The translations under genes were made by a program, and so were the position numbers. A stretch of 64,000 nt of DNA from an uncultured Acidobacteriota bacterium (lineage in GTDB: Bacteria > Acidobacteriota > Blastocatellia > RBC074): positions 608,001-672,000 of the forward strand of contig CAWCKY010000001.1 of NCBI GenBank assembly GCA_963796275.1, given 5' to 3'. Positions 11,223 to 18,942 of the stretch are shown in pieces (position 1 is the stretch's first letter; every line of letters starts with the position of its first letter). The notes beneath the pieces were generated by a model. The model was not told the origin of the DNA. It made no database searches and saw nothing but the letters and a program-made list of their open reading frames with translations.

Positions 11223-11266
11223 CGACAATAATGTTGGGAAAATCGAGCGAGGCTACATTTTTGATG
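11223..11266. promoter_or_regulatory. Putative upstream activator sequence: two ACA-W4-TG boxes 30 bp apart
   Basis: cGACAATAATGTTg (11224-11235) and cTACATTTTTGATg (11254-11265), about 95-135 bp upstream of the -24 element. Confidence 0.6.
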
Positions 11267-11357
11267 TGGGCTAAAAAATCGTTATCGCGCCTGGGCTTGT
11301 CTATTTTCCGCTGTTTTTGCTGACATTTAATGGACCAAACCGGGGAAACGCTCGGAC

Positions 11358-11373
11358 TGGCAAGCCAGTTGCT
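11358..11373 (+). promoter_or_regulatory. Sigma54 (-24/-12) promoter for the small ORF-glnA unit
   Basis: TGGCAA-GCCAG-TTGCT matches TGGCAC-N5-TTGCW with exact GG-N10-GC spacing. Confidence 0.85.
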
Positions 11374-11444
11374 ATAAAACATGTTTACGTATCGTTCAGG
11401 AAGAAGATTTTAGAGGGAGGGGGCACTACTATAAGTGTGAATAC

Positions 11445-11669
11445 ATGAGTGGAAATTACAGACAAAAAAACAACAGTTATGGACAGCTCATGGAATTTTT
11501 GTTGAGCGAACGCCATCGTTATGAATCCGAAGAGGAATTCAGAGCATACGCTCTTGGGGAGGTTCGACGTTTCATCAGCGAGTTGCGACGGCTTGATATA
11601 GAGCTGACGATGCGGCCGAATTTTCTTGAGAAATCACCATTGGATTTCAACGCACCTGATAAGCCATAA
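11445..11669 (+). CDS. Small uncharacterised protein (74 aa), paralog 1, upstream of glnA
   Basis: Ungapped 46-aa core shares 30 identities with ORF 18673-18933. Lies between the sigma54 promoter and glnA. Confidence 0.8.
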   Translation: MSGNYRQKNNSYGQLMEFLLSERHRYESEEEFRAYALGEVRRFISELRRLDIELTMRPNFLEKSPLDFNAPDKP

Positions 11670-11788
11670 AAGCTTACGGTGACGAAGAAGCCCTGCTGGA
11701 TTTCTTCAGGCTTTTCCGAAGAGTTTCTTTCCAATCCCAATAATTTAATTTTGGCCTGGGAGAGTCCCAGCGCCCAAGGAGGCAATGA

Positions 11789-13213
11789 ATGACCCCAAAA
11801 GATGTAATAAAGCTAGCCAAAGAGAAGGGCATACAAATTGTAGACCTACGATTTATTGATATGCCCGGGACATGGCAGCACTTCTCGATTTCGGTTGGAG
11901 AATTGTCTGAAAACCTCTTCTCGGAGGGGATTGGTTTTGACGGTTCATCAATTCGAGGATTCCAGGCGATCAATGAATCGGATATGCTGCTCTTTCCGGA
12001 TCCGACAACCGCCACCATCGATCCCTTCACCGAGCATCCGACGTTGGTACTGATCTGCGATGTGAAAGACCCGATTACCGGCGCGAATTACACGCGCGAT
12101 CCGCGATTTGTAGCCAAGAAAGCCGAGGAGTATGTCAAGAAGACAGGTCTGGCCGATACGGTATACATTGGGCCAGAGCTGGAATTCTTCATCCTCGATA
12201 ATGTCCGCTTCGACCAGAGTTACAACTACGGTTTTTATTATCTCGACTCAGAAGCAGCGGCCTGGAATTCGGGAAGAGAAGGAACGCCCGAGAGGCCGAA
12301 CCTGGGCAATCGTCCGCGCTATAAGCAGGGTTATTTCCCCGTGCCGCCCGATGACCATATGCAGGACATACGCTCTGCGATGCTGCTGGCGCTCGAAAGC
12401 GTCGGCGTGAGAATCGAAGTACACCACCACGAGGTGGCGACCGGCGGTCAGACCGAAATCGACATGCGGTTCGACACATTAACCCGGATGGCTGACAAGG
12501 TGCTCTGGTACAAGTACTGCACCAAGAACGTTGCGAAGAGATACGGTAAGACGGTGACATTCATGCCCAAACCGCTCTTCCAGGATAACGGTTCCGGCAT
12601 GCATACGCACCAGTCGCTGTGGAAGGGTGAGAAGAATATCTTTTACGAGAAGGGGGGGTATGCCGATCTCTCGCAAACCTGTCTTTACTACATCGGCGGC
12701 ATTCTCAAGCACGCGCCGGCTCTGTGCGCATTGATCGCGCCGACCACCAACTCCTATCGCCGTCTGGTGCCCGGCTACGAAGCACCGATCAACCTGGCCT
12801 ACAGCCAACGAAACCGATCGGCGGCTGTGCGCATTCCGACCTACTCGAAAGCCGAGAGAGCCAAACGCATCGAGTTTCGTACTCCGGACCCGACCTGCAA
12901 TCCGTATCTCTCCTTCGCCGCTTGCGTAATGGCGGGGCTGGATGGGATTGCCAACAAAATCGATCCGGGCGATCCGATGGACAAGGACCTCTATGAATTG
13001 CCGCCGGAAGAGGCCGCGGAGATCAAGCAGCTTCCGGGATCGCTCGATGAGGTGCTCAATGCATTGGAGACTGATCATGCCTTCCTGCTGAAGGGCGATG
13101 TCTTCACTAAAGATTTGATCGAGACCTGGATCGAGTACAAACGGAAGAACGAAGTGGATCCGATCCGTCTGCGTCCACATCCCTGGGAATTCGCGCTCTA
13201 TTTCAACGTCTGA
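11789..13213 (+). CDS. glnA: Glutamine synthetase type I
   Basis: [33 protein letters not shown] and RIEFR motifs. Adenylylation Tyr in [17 protein letters not shown]. Confidence 0.98.
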   Translation: MTPKDVIKLAKEKGIQIVDLRFIDMPGTWQHFSISVGELSENLFSEGIGFDGSSIRGFQAINESDMLLFPDPTTATIDPFTEHPTLVLICDVKDPITGANYTRDPRFVAKKAEEYVKKTGLADTVYIGPELEFFILDNVRFDQSYNYGFYYLDSEAAAWNSGREGTPERPNLGNRPRYKQGYFPVPPDDHMQDIRSAMLLALESVGVRIEVHHHEVATGGQTEIDMRFDTLTRMADKVLWYKYCTKNVAKRYGKTVTFMPKPLFQDNGSGMHTHQSLWKGEKNIFYEKGGYADLSQTCLYYIGGILKHAPALCALIAPTTNSYRRLVPGYEAPINLAYSQRNRSAAVRIPTYSKAERAKRIEFRTPDPTCNPYLSFAACVMAGLDGIANKIDPGDPMDKDLYELPPEEAAEIKQLPGSLDEVLNALETDHAFLLKGDVFTKDLIETWIEYKRKNEVDPIRLRPHPWEFALYFNV

Positions 13214-13217
13214 AGCT

Positions 13218-13294
13218 GCACAAACTGGAAGCAAGAACGGCAAAATGAAGTAGAAAAGTTTGCTTCCTTTTGCCCTTTTGCTTCCAGTTTTTGC
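13218..13294. terminator. Long imperfect inverted repeat between convergent glnA and GlnE-removase genes, probable bidirectional terminator
   Basis: AAACTGGAAGCAA (13222-13234) pairs with TTGCTTCCAGTTT (13278-13290). Confidence 0.6.
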
Positions 13295-13296
13295 GC

Positions 13297-14895
13297 TTAT
13301 TTCGTCTCTTTCGTTTCCTCCTCGCTTCTCCTCTTCAGGCGCGAAGATTCTGGCGCCCCGATGATAATTTCGAATATTCCATTCACATGGTTGGTATGAA
13401 GTTGATAGTCGCGTAGGAATTGCTCGCTTGCGCTCAATTGATCGTCATCGCAATAACCGAGCATACGGGAGAGAGCATTCAAGGGGCCCGCTTTTACCGG
13501 TATCGAATGCGTCTGCGCATCATCGACCATCTGCAGCTTATTCTCCACATCCCGCAGGAAAATGTAGGCCGCAGTCAGCCTGATCATCTCGTCAGCCGAG
13601 ATCAGCGCTTGAGCGCAGAGCGCATCGAGGGCTTTCAGCGTGCTGCGTCCGCAAATCTCCTGGTAGCTGCTCCCGAATGTTAGTTGAAGCGCCTGTACGA
13701 TGAGTTCGATCTCGCGGATTCCCCCGAATCCCAATTTGACGTTTCGGTCCCGCTCGCGGCTGGCAGTCATCTTTCTGTCGATCTTTTTCTTCATAGCGCG
13801 GACCTCGTTGAGGGGTTCGAGGCCGAAAGGGCGTTCATAAACAAAAGGAGCGACCATGGCCAGAAATTGCCGGCCGAGCCGGGCGTCGCCAGCCACCGGA
13901 TATGCCTTGAGCAAAGCTAATCTCTCCCACGTCTCACCCCGCGCATAATAATATCGCCGGAATCCATCGAGCGAATATGCGATGTTTCCCATTCGGCCAT
14001 CGGGCCGTAACCTCAAATCGACGCGATACAAATAGCCTTCGTTTGTGATGTCGCTTAAAGCCAGGGTGACTCTTTGCGAGAGCTGGCGATAGTACTCGGT
14101 GCTCGAGATGGGTGCGGTCTGATTCGAGTCATCATCGTCAGCTGCGTGTAGATAGATCAGGTCGACATCGGAGCTGAAGTTGAGCTCACCTCCGCCGAGT
14201 TTCCCCATTCCCAGGATGGTGAACCCCCCCAAACTTCTTCTGGAGATTCCGGATTCTCGAAACAGCGCGCCTTCACAAATCCGCAGGGCGGCCGAGATCA
14301 GCGCTTCAGCGAGTAGCGAGAGAGCAGACAGCGTTTCTTCAACCGGGCAAAGACGCATGAGATCGCGCACTCCGATGTGCAGCATTTCCCTACGTTTGAA
14401 AGCGCGCAGGAAATCCAATTGCTTCTTTTCTGACGCGATACTCTGCAGTCCGCGCAAGACATCGCGGGCGATCTCCCGCTTTTTACGTTTCTGGTAGAGC
14501 GTCTGAGGATCAGTCAGCCAGTAGAGATAGACCGGATCCCTGATGAGAATTTCGGCCATATGCTGGCTGCCTCCGAAAGTCTTGGCGAGAATTTCCAGGC
14601 TGCGCGGGGATTCATTAAGGTAGGAAAACAAGCGCGTTTTGTTGACGGCGGAGCGCGCGAATCTTTCGAAATGATTGAGCGCCTGGTCCGGGTCGGCCGA
14701 TTGCGACGCGCACAGGAGCAAATCTTCCAGGATATTGGCCAGTAGCTGGCGCGCCGTGGGATCATCCGCCATCGCCTGCAGATTGGCGTCAGCTTTAGTT
14801 GGCTCTTTAAATCCGTAAGGACCCAGCAAAGCTTCCGCCTGCTGCGGATCGAGGCGTGGCGCCAGCAGTAGATCCTTTAAGTTCTTGGGCGACAT
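13297..14895 (-). CDS. glnE: Stand-alone GlnE N-terminal half (adenylyl-removase-type nucleotidyltransferase)
   Basis: One NT domain: GMGKLGGGELNFSSDVDLI, YRVDLRLRPDG, WERLALLKA and NVKLGFGGIREIE. Start taken at MSPKN (ATG 14895). Confidence 0.85.
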   Translation of the reverse strand: MSPKNLKDLLLAPRLDPQQAEALLGPYGFKEPTKADANLQAMADDPTARQLLANILEDLLLCASQSADPDQALNHFERFARSAVNKTRLFSYLNESPRSLEILAKTFGGSQHMAEILIRDPVYLYWLTDPQTLYQKRKKREIARDVLRGLQSIASEKKQLDFLRAFKRREMLHIGVRDLMRLCPVEETLSALSLLAEALISAALRICEGALFRESGISRRSLGGFTILGMGKLGGGELNFSSDVDLIYLHAADDDDSNQTAPISSTEYYRQLSQRVTLALSDITNEGYLYRVDLRLRPDGRMGNIAYSLDGFRRYYYARGETWERLALLKAYPVAGDARLGRQFLAMVAPFVYERPFGLEPLNEVRAMKKKIDRKMTASRERDRNVKLGFGGIREIELIVQALQLTFGSSYQEICGRSTLKALDALCAQALISADEMIRLTAAYIFLRDVENKLQMVDDAQTHSIPVKAGPLNALSRMLGYCDDDQLSASEQFLRDYQLHTNHVNGIFEIIIGAPESSRLKRRSEEETKETK

Positions 14896-15062
14896 ACTGT
14901 CTGATAAGATAATGAAGTTTGGAAGACGAAACAAATAATAATTATATGGAGGAATGAATCACGACAAAAATCACAAATGTTGCCTGTAACCGCAAATATT
15001 ATCTTTGGCATCGGTTTTTTGTCCTGTTGTGAGACTTCTTCCTCGAATACTATAGAACACGA

Positions 15063-17312
15063 ATGGTGAACGCTGAAATCAAGAGAGTGATCGAAACATT
15101 CTGTCCGGAAATCGACAAAGATTTTGTCGGGGAATTCTTTGCTCGCATGGATGAAGATTATTTTGCCACTTTCTCTCCGGAAGAGATCGCCACCCATATA
15201 CGTATGTCGCGCGGGCTCGATCCGGAGCATCCGGTGCGATGCCTGATTACGCCGCGCGGTGACGGCGAATTCGATATCATCATCGTCGGTTTCGACTACC
15301 TTTCCGAGTTTTCCATCTTCTGCGGCTTAATGTCGGCGTTCGGTCTCGCGATTCAATCCGGCAATAGCTATTCGTTTGCCAGGAATACGTCCGATGCCAC
15401 AAGCGCGCGAACGGCCCACCGATCTCCTAGAAGGAAGCGGCCATCGTCGAGCCGGATCGTAGATGTCTTCACCGTCAGCCTGGACCAGGATGAGGTATTC
15501 GATGAATCCACACAATCCCGCTTCGCGGAGCAACTGCAAGCGCTCGTCCGGCAGCTCGCTACAGGATCGTCCGACCAGGTTAGGGATCGTCTCAATCGCC
15601 TTCTGACCGATCGTCTTGAGAAGATGGATGGGCAATTGAGCGGTCTGCTCTCTCCCATCGATGTCCAATTCGATAACCTGGCTTCGCCGGACTGGACCCT
15701 GATGAACGTGCGCTCCGAGGATGCCTACGCCTTCCTCTATGCTTTCTCGAATGCGCTCGCGATGCGCGGAATTTACATACACAAAGTCAGGATCGAAAGC
15801 GTCCGGAACGAAGTGAGAGATCAGTTTTTCATCGCCGACAGATGGGGACGCAAAATCGAAAGTGAACGAGAGCAGGAGCAACTGCGCACGGCGGTAGTGC
15901 TGATCGAGCAATTCACACGGTTCTTGCCGTCAGCGCCGGACCCGGCTCGGGCGATGCGCCACTTCGATCAGTTTCTGGATAAGATCGCGGAGGAGCAGAT
16001 TTCCGACGAGTCCGTAGCCTTTTTCACCGGCGATGAGGGAATGAACCTGCTGGCGCATCTGCTGGGCAGCAGCGATTTCCTCTGGGACGAGTTCCTGCGC
16101 TTCAAAGAAATACAACCGATCCTGCCGATTCTGAGAGACTTCTCTCGCATTGAACTGGATCCCGGTAAACAATCGCTGTTCTATCACCTCGACGCACAGC
16201 TTGCCCGTGCCGCCACTTTTGAGGAGAAGAAGAAGGGCGTCAACCAATTCAAGGACCGCCAGGTCTTCCTGATCGATATAAAGCACCTACTGGATCCGCA
16301 GACAACCCTGGTGGATTTCTCTCAAGCGCTGACCCACCTGGCCGAGGTGATTCTGCATAAAGCTGCTGAACTTTGCCTCTCGCAACTGGTCGAAGAGTAC
16401 GGAGAGCCCGTGTTGATAAACGGAACCAAGTGCAGGTTTACGATCTGCGGGCTGGGCAAGTTCGGCGGGTGCGAAATGGGATATGCATCCGATCTTGAGA
16501 CGTTGTTTGTTTACGAAGGACCGGGGCAGACGCGCGGAGATAAGGCGATAGATAATGGGATTTTCTTTGAGCTATTGGTGCAAAAGATCGCAGAGTTCAT
16601 CGAAGCCCGTGAGAAAGGGGTCTTTCACATCGATCTCAGGCTCAGACCGCACGGAAAAGCCGGCGCGCTGGCGAGCCCGTACGAACAGTTGGCGGCTTAT
16701 TACAGTTCAACAGGCGAAGCTGCCCCTTTTGAGAGGCAGTCGCTCATCAAGCTGCGGTGGGTCGCCGGAGATGAAGCTCTCGGACGTAGAGTGGAAGCCC
16801 ATCGGGACAGTTACAGCTATAGTGGGGAGACATGGGATTGGGAGTACGCCCTCCATCTGCGCGGCAGGCAAGAGCGTGAACTGGTCAGGGCCGGTGAGGT
16901 GAATGTGAAATATAGTCCCGGTGGAATCATCGATATAGAGTACACCGCTCAGTATCTGCAAATCATCTTTGGGAAAGATCAGGGCCTCAGGACGGCCAAC
17001 ACGATGGAGGCGTTGGACGAGCTCAACCGTTTGCAAATCATCGCTCGAAGCGATCACGGTGAATTACAGACCGCCTATATTTTCTTGCGCCGGCTAATCG
17101 ATGCGCTCAGGCTGGTGCGCGGCGATGCCAGCGACCTCGTGCTGCCGCACGAGTCTTCAGAGGAATATAAATCGCTCGCTCGAAGAATGGGCTACCAGGA
17201 GCGAGACCGAAGAAAGAGCGCCGAGCGATTGGCCGCGGATATCAGACAGTTAATGAAAAAAGTCCGGTCACATTATCTGAAATGCATACAAATTAAGGCG
17301 CAGCCGGGTTAG
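15063..17312 (+). CDS. glnE: GlnE C-terminal half (adenylyltransferase-type) fused to N-terminal GlnD-like tandem ACT domains
   Basis: GLGKFGGCEMGYASDLE, IDLRLRPHG, FERQSLIK and VKYSPGGIIDIEY. The N-terminus has EDYFATFSPEEIATH and VQFDNLASPDWTLMNVRSED...DQFFIADRWGRKI, resembling GlnD ACT repeats. Confidence 0.85.
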   Translation: MVNAEIKRVIETFCPEIDKDFVGEFFARMDEDYFATFSPEEIATHIRMSRGLDPEHPVRCLITPRGDGEFDIIIVGFDYLSEFSIFCGLMSAFGLAIQSGNSYSFARNTSDATSARTAHRSPRRKRPSSSRIVDVFTVSLDQDEVFDESTQSRFAEQLQALVRQLATGSSDQVRDRLNRLLTDRLEKMDGQLSGLLSPIDVQFDNLASPDWTLMNVRSEDAYAFLYAFSNALAMRGIYIHKVRIESVRNEVRDQFFIADRWGRKIESEREQEQLRTAVVLIEQFTRFLPSAPDPARAMRHFDQFLDKIAEEQISDESVAFFTGDEGMNLLAHLLGSSDFLWDEFLRFKEIQPILPILRDFSRIELDPGKQSLFYHLDAQLARAATFEEKKKGVNQFKDRQVFLIDIKHLLDPQTTLVDFSQALTHLAEVILHKAAELCLSQLVEEYGEPVLINGTKCRFTICGLGKFGGCEMGYASDLETLFVYEGPGQTRGDKAIDNGIFFELLVQKIAEFIEAREKGVFHIDLRLRPHGKAGALASPYEQLAAYYSSTGEAAPFERQSLIKLRWVAGDEALGRRVEAHRDSYSYSGETWDWEYALHLRGRQERELVRAGEVNVKYSPGGIIDIEYTAQYLQIIFGKDQGLRTANTMEALDELNRLQIIARSDHGELQTAYIFLRRLIDALRLVRGDASDLVLPHESSEEYKSLARRMGYQERDRRKSAERLAADIRQLMKKVRSHYLKCIQIKAQPG

Positions 17313-17359
17313 ATGTTCGGTCGCCGGAAATCAATCGAGAACAAATTTTTGTGCCCTTC

Positions 17360-18397
17360 CTACCATTCGCCAGCATCGACCACATCGACCTCCACGGCGT
17401 TCGAACTGTGACCCTCGCAATAGACCTGCACTGTGTTGGAGCCGATATCGAGCCCGGGTGGGACAGCGATATTGATCTGTGCCGAGCCGGCCTGATCGAT
17501 CTCACTGACAAAACAGGGGCGCACACCATAACCTCCGATCACAACCTTCACGTTTGTGCGAGTCGCCGTTTCTGGCATTCTCTTCGCCCAGATCGCGAAA
17601 ATCGCATTTCTGCCGCGGCGCGGGAAGTAATGCTTGAAAGTACATGCATTATTCACATCATCGATAAAGATCGAGGGCGCGGGTTGAGCCGGTAGGTCGG
17701 TGAATTGGCGGTGAGCCTTTAAGGTCGATCGCGTCTTTTCGCGGTGTATCACATCTATCTGCGCGAACCCGGCGGTATCGGCCATATTTACGAGGCACTG
17801 CGTATTTGGCCCCCACCAATTATCGTATTGCCCGCCCAATTCATCGAACGGATAGAACTCCATGACCGGCGACGTTGCATCGAGCATACCATCGATAACG
17901 TATGATTGAATTATCGCTACATCGCGCGTAACTTCACAGACGCGCTGCAGACCCAGCAATGGATGTTGCAGATGGTAGAGCACGCCCAGGAAAATGACGA
18001 TATCGAAAACGCCGAGATTCTCGCGGCTGACTTCATAGACGCTCAGCTCGCGAAATTCAACGCGCGATTTGAGCTCGCTATGCGCCTCGAAGAATTTGGC
18101 GGGGCGGACGCAGTCGACTGCCACCACCTCGGCACCGTGCCGTTCAGCCGTGAACGAATAAAAACCATCCCAACAGCCAATGTCGAGCACACGCTTCCCG
18201 GTAAGGTCATCCGGTAATTTGAAATTGTCATAATGAGATTGAAGTTCATCGAGTTTGCGCGCGCCCGGAGTGATTCGGCCGCCTCCGAGATCGATGCTGT
18301 GCCACCAACCGGTTTTCGCCAGTTCTTCGGTATTTTCTCCCGCTACTTTTTCATGTGCTTCCCGCATCGCGAGATCGTCTTTTAATTGTGTCGCCAT
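17360..18397 (-). CDS. Class I SAM methyltransferase (CmoB/DUF1698-like) with C-terminal IPT/TIGR03437-like tail
   Basis: WWHSIDL, VLDIGCWDG, FLGVLYHL and NWWGPN motifs. Tail is QINIAVPPGL...SSNAVEVDV. Confidence 0.75.
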   Translation of the reverse strand: MATQLKDDLAMREAHEKVAGENTEELAKTGWWHSIDLGGGRITPGARKLDELQSHYDNFKLPDDLTGKRVLDIGCWDGFYSFTAERHGAEVVAVDCVRPAKFFEAHSELKSRVEFRELSVYEVSRENLGVFDIVIFLGVLYHLQHPLLGLQRVCEVTRDVAIIQSYVIDGMLDATSPVMEFYPFDELGGQYDNWWGPNTQCLVNMADTAGFAQIDVIHREKTRSTLKAHRQFTDLPAQPAPSIFIDDVNNACTFKHYFPRRGRNAIFAIWAKRMPETATRTNVKVVIGGYGVRPCFVSEIDQAGSAQINIAVPPGLDIGSNTVQVYCEGHSSNAVEVDVVDAGEW

Positions 18398-18514
18398 AAT
18401 GTTTCTCGTGTGGATGATGTCTGATAAAGAAAGCTAATTTACCTCAACGGTTAAGTCGAATCAATTCCGCAGCGGTGCCGAGTTATTGTAAAAGGCTGGC
18501 GTTTAGATGGCAGA

Positions 18515-18526
18515 TACATTATTGTT
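18515..18526. promoter_or_regulatory. ACA-W4-TGT box upstream of small ORF paralog 2 and ilvD
   Basis: TACATTATTGTT, with half-sites at 18483-18490 and 18543-18550. Confidence 0.45.
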
Positions 18527-18593
18527 GCCGGAGAGAACGGAGTACATAAAAAACTGAAAAGAAGTGATATCAAGACTAGACCGTGCAGGGCAA

Positions 18594-18608
18594 GGGCACT
18601 AACGTCGC
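18594..18608 (+). promoter_or_regulatory. Possible degenerate sigma54 promoter for small ORF 2-ilvD
   Basis: GGGCAC-TAACG-TCGC keeps GG-N10-GC spacing. An alternative, TGGCGT-TTAGA-TGGCA, lies at 18497-18512. Confidence 0.4.
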
Positions 18609-18672
18609 GGAGAGTGATGTCTGCAACTCATTCGACGCTCTCTTAAACCCATGAACATTATTTTAGGAGGAC

Positions 18673-18933
18673 TTGATGCACGACTACGAAAATGAAAAGA
18701 GTGAAACTACTGAACCTAAGGACCAAAGCGAGTTGATGAGCTTATTGCTGAAAGAGCGTTCGAAATTTTCGTCTGAGGAGGAATTTAAGGCGTACGCGGT
18801 AGATGAAGTGCGGCGCTTCATCAATGATCTGCGTTCGATCAATATCGAGCTTACGATGCGGCCAACCTTCAATAAGATTCCGCTCTCGCGGCATAGCGTC
18901 ACCGAAAAATTGAGCTCACATCGAGAAAACTGA
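18673..18933 (+). CDS. Small uncharacterised protein (85-86 aa), paralog 2, upstream of ilvD
   Basis: AGGAGG RBS at 18665-18670. Core SEEEF.AYA..EVRRFI..LR...IELTMRP.F is shared with 11445-11669. Stop lies 9 nt before the ilvD ORF. Confidence 0.85.
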   Translation: MMHDYENEKSETTEPKDQSELMSLLLKERSKFSSEEEFKAYAVDEVRRFINDLRSINIELTMRPTFNKIPLSRHSVTEKLSSHREN

Positions 18934-18942
18934 CTTAAAAAT

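Noticed and set aside
14891-15025. ACA-W4-TGT boxes or a sigma54 site between the glnE halves
   Set aside because: Only half-sites or wrong spacing (GACA-N3-TGTC, GACAAAAATCAC) are present, and TGGCAT has no -12 GC.
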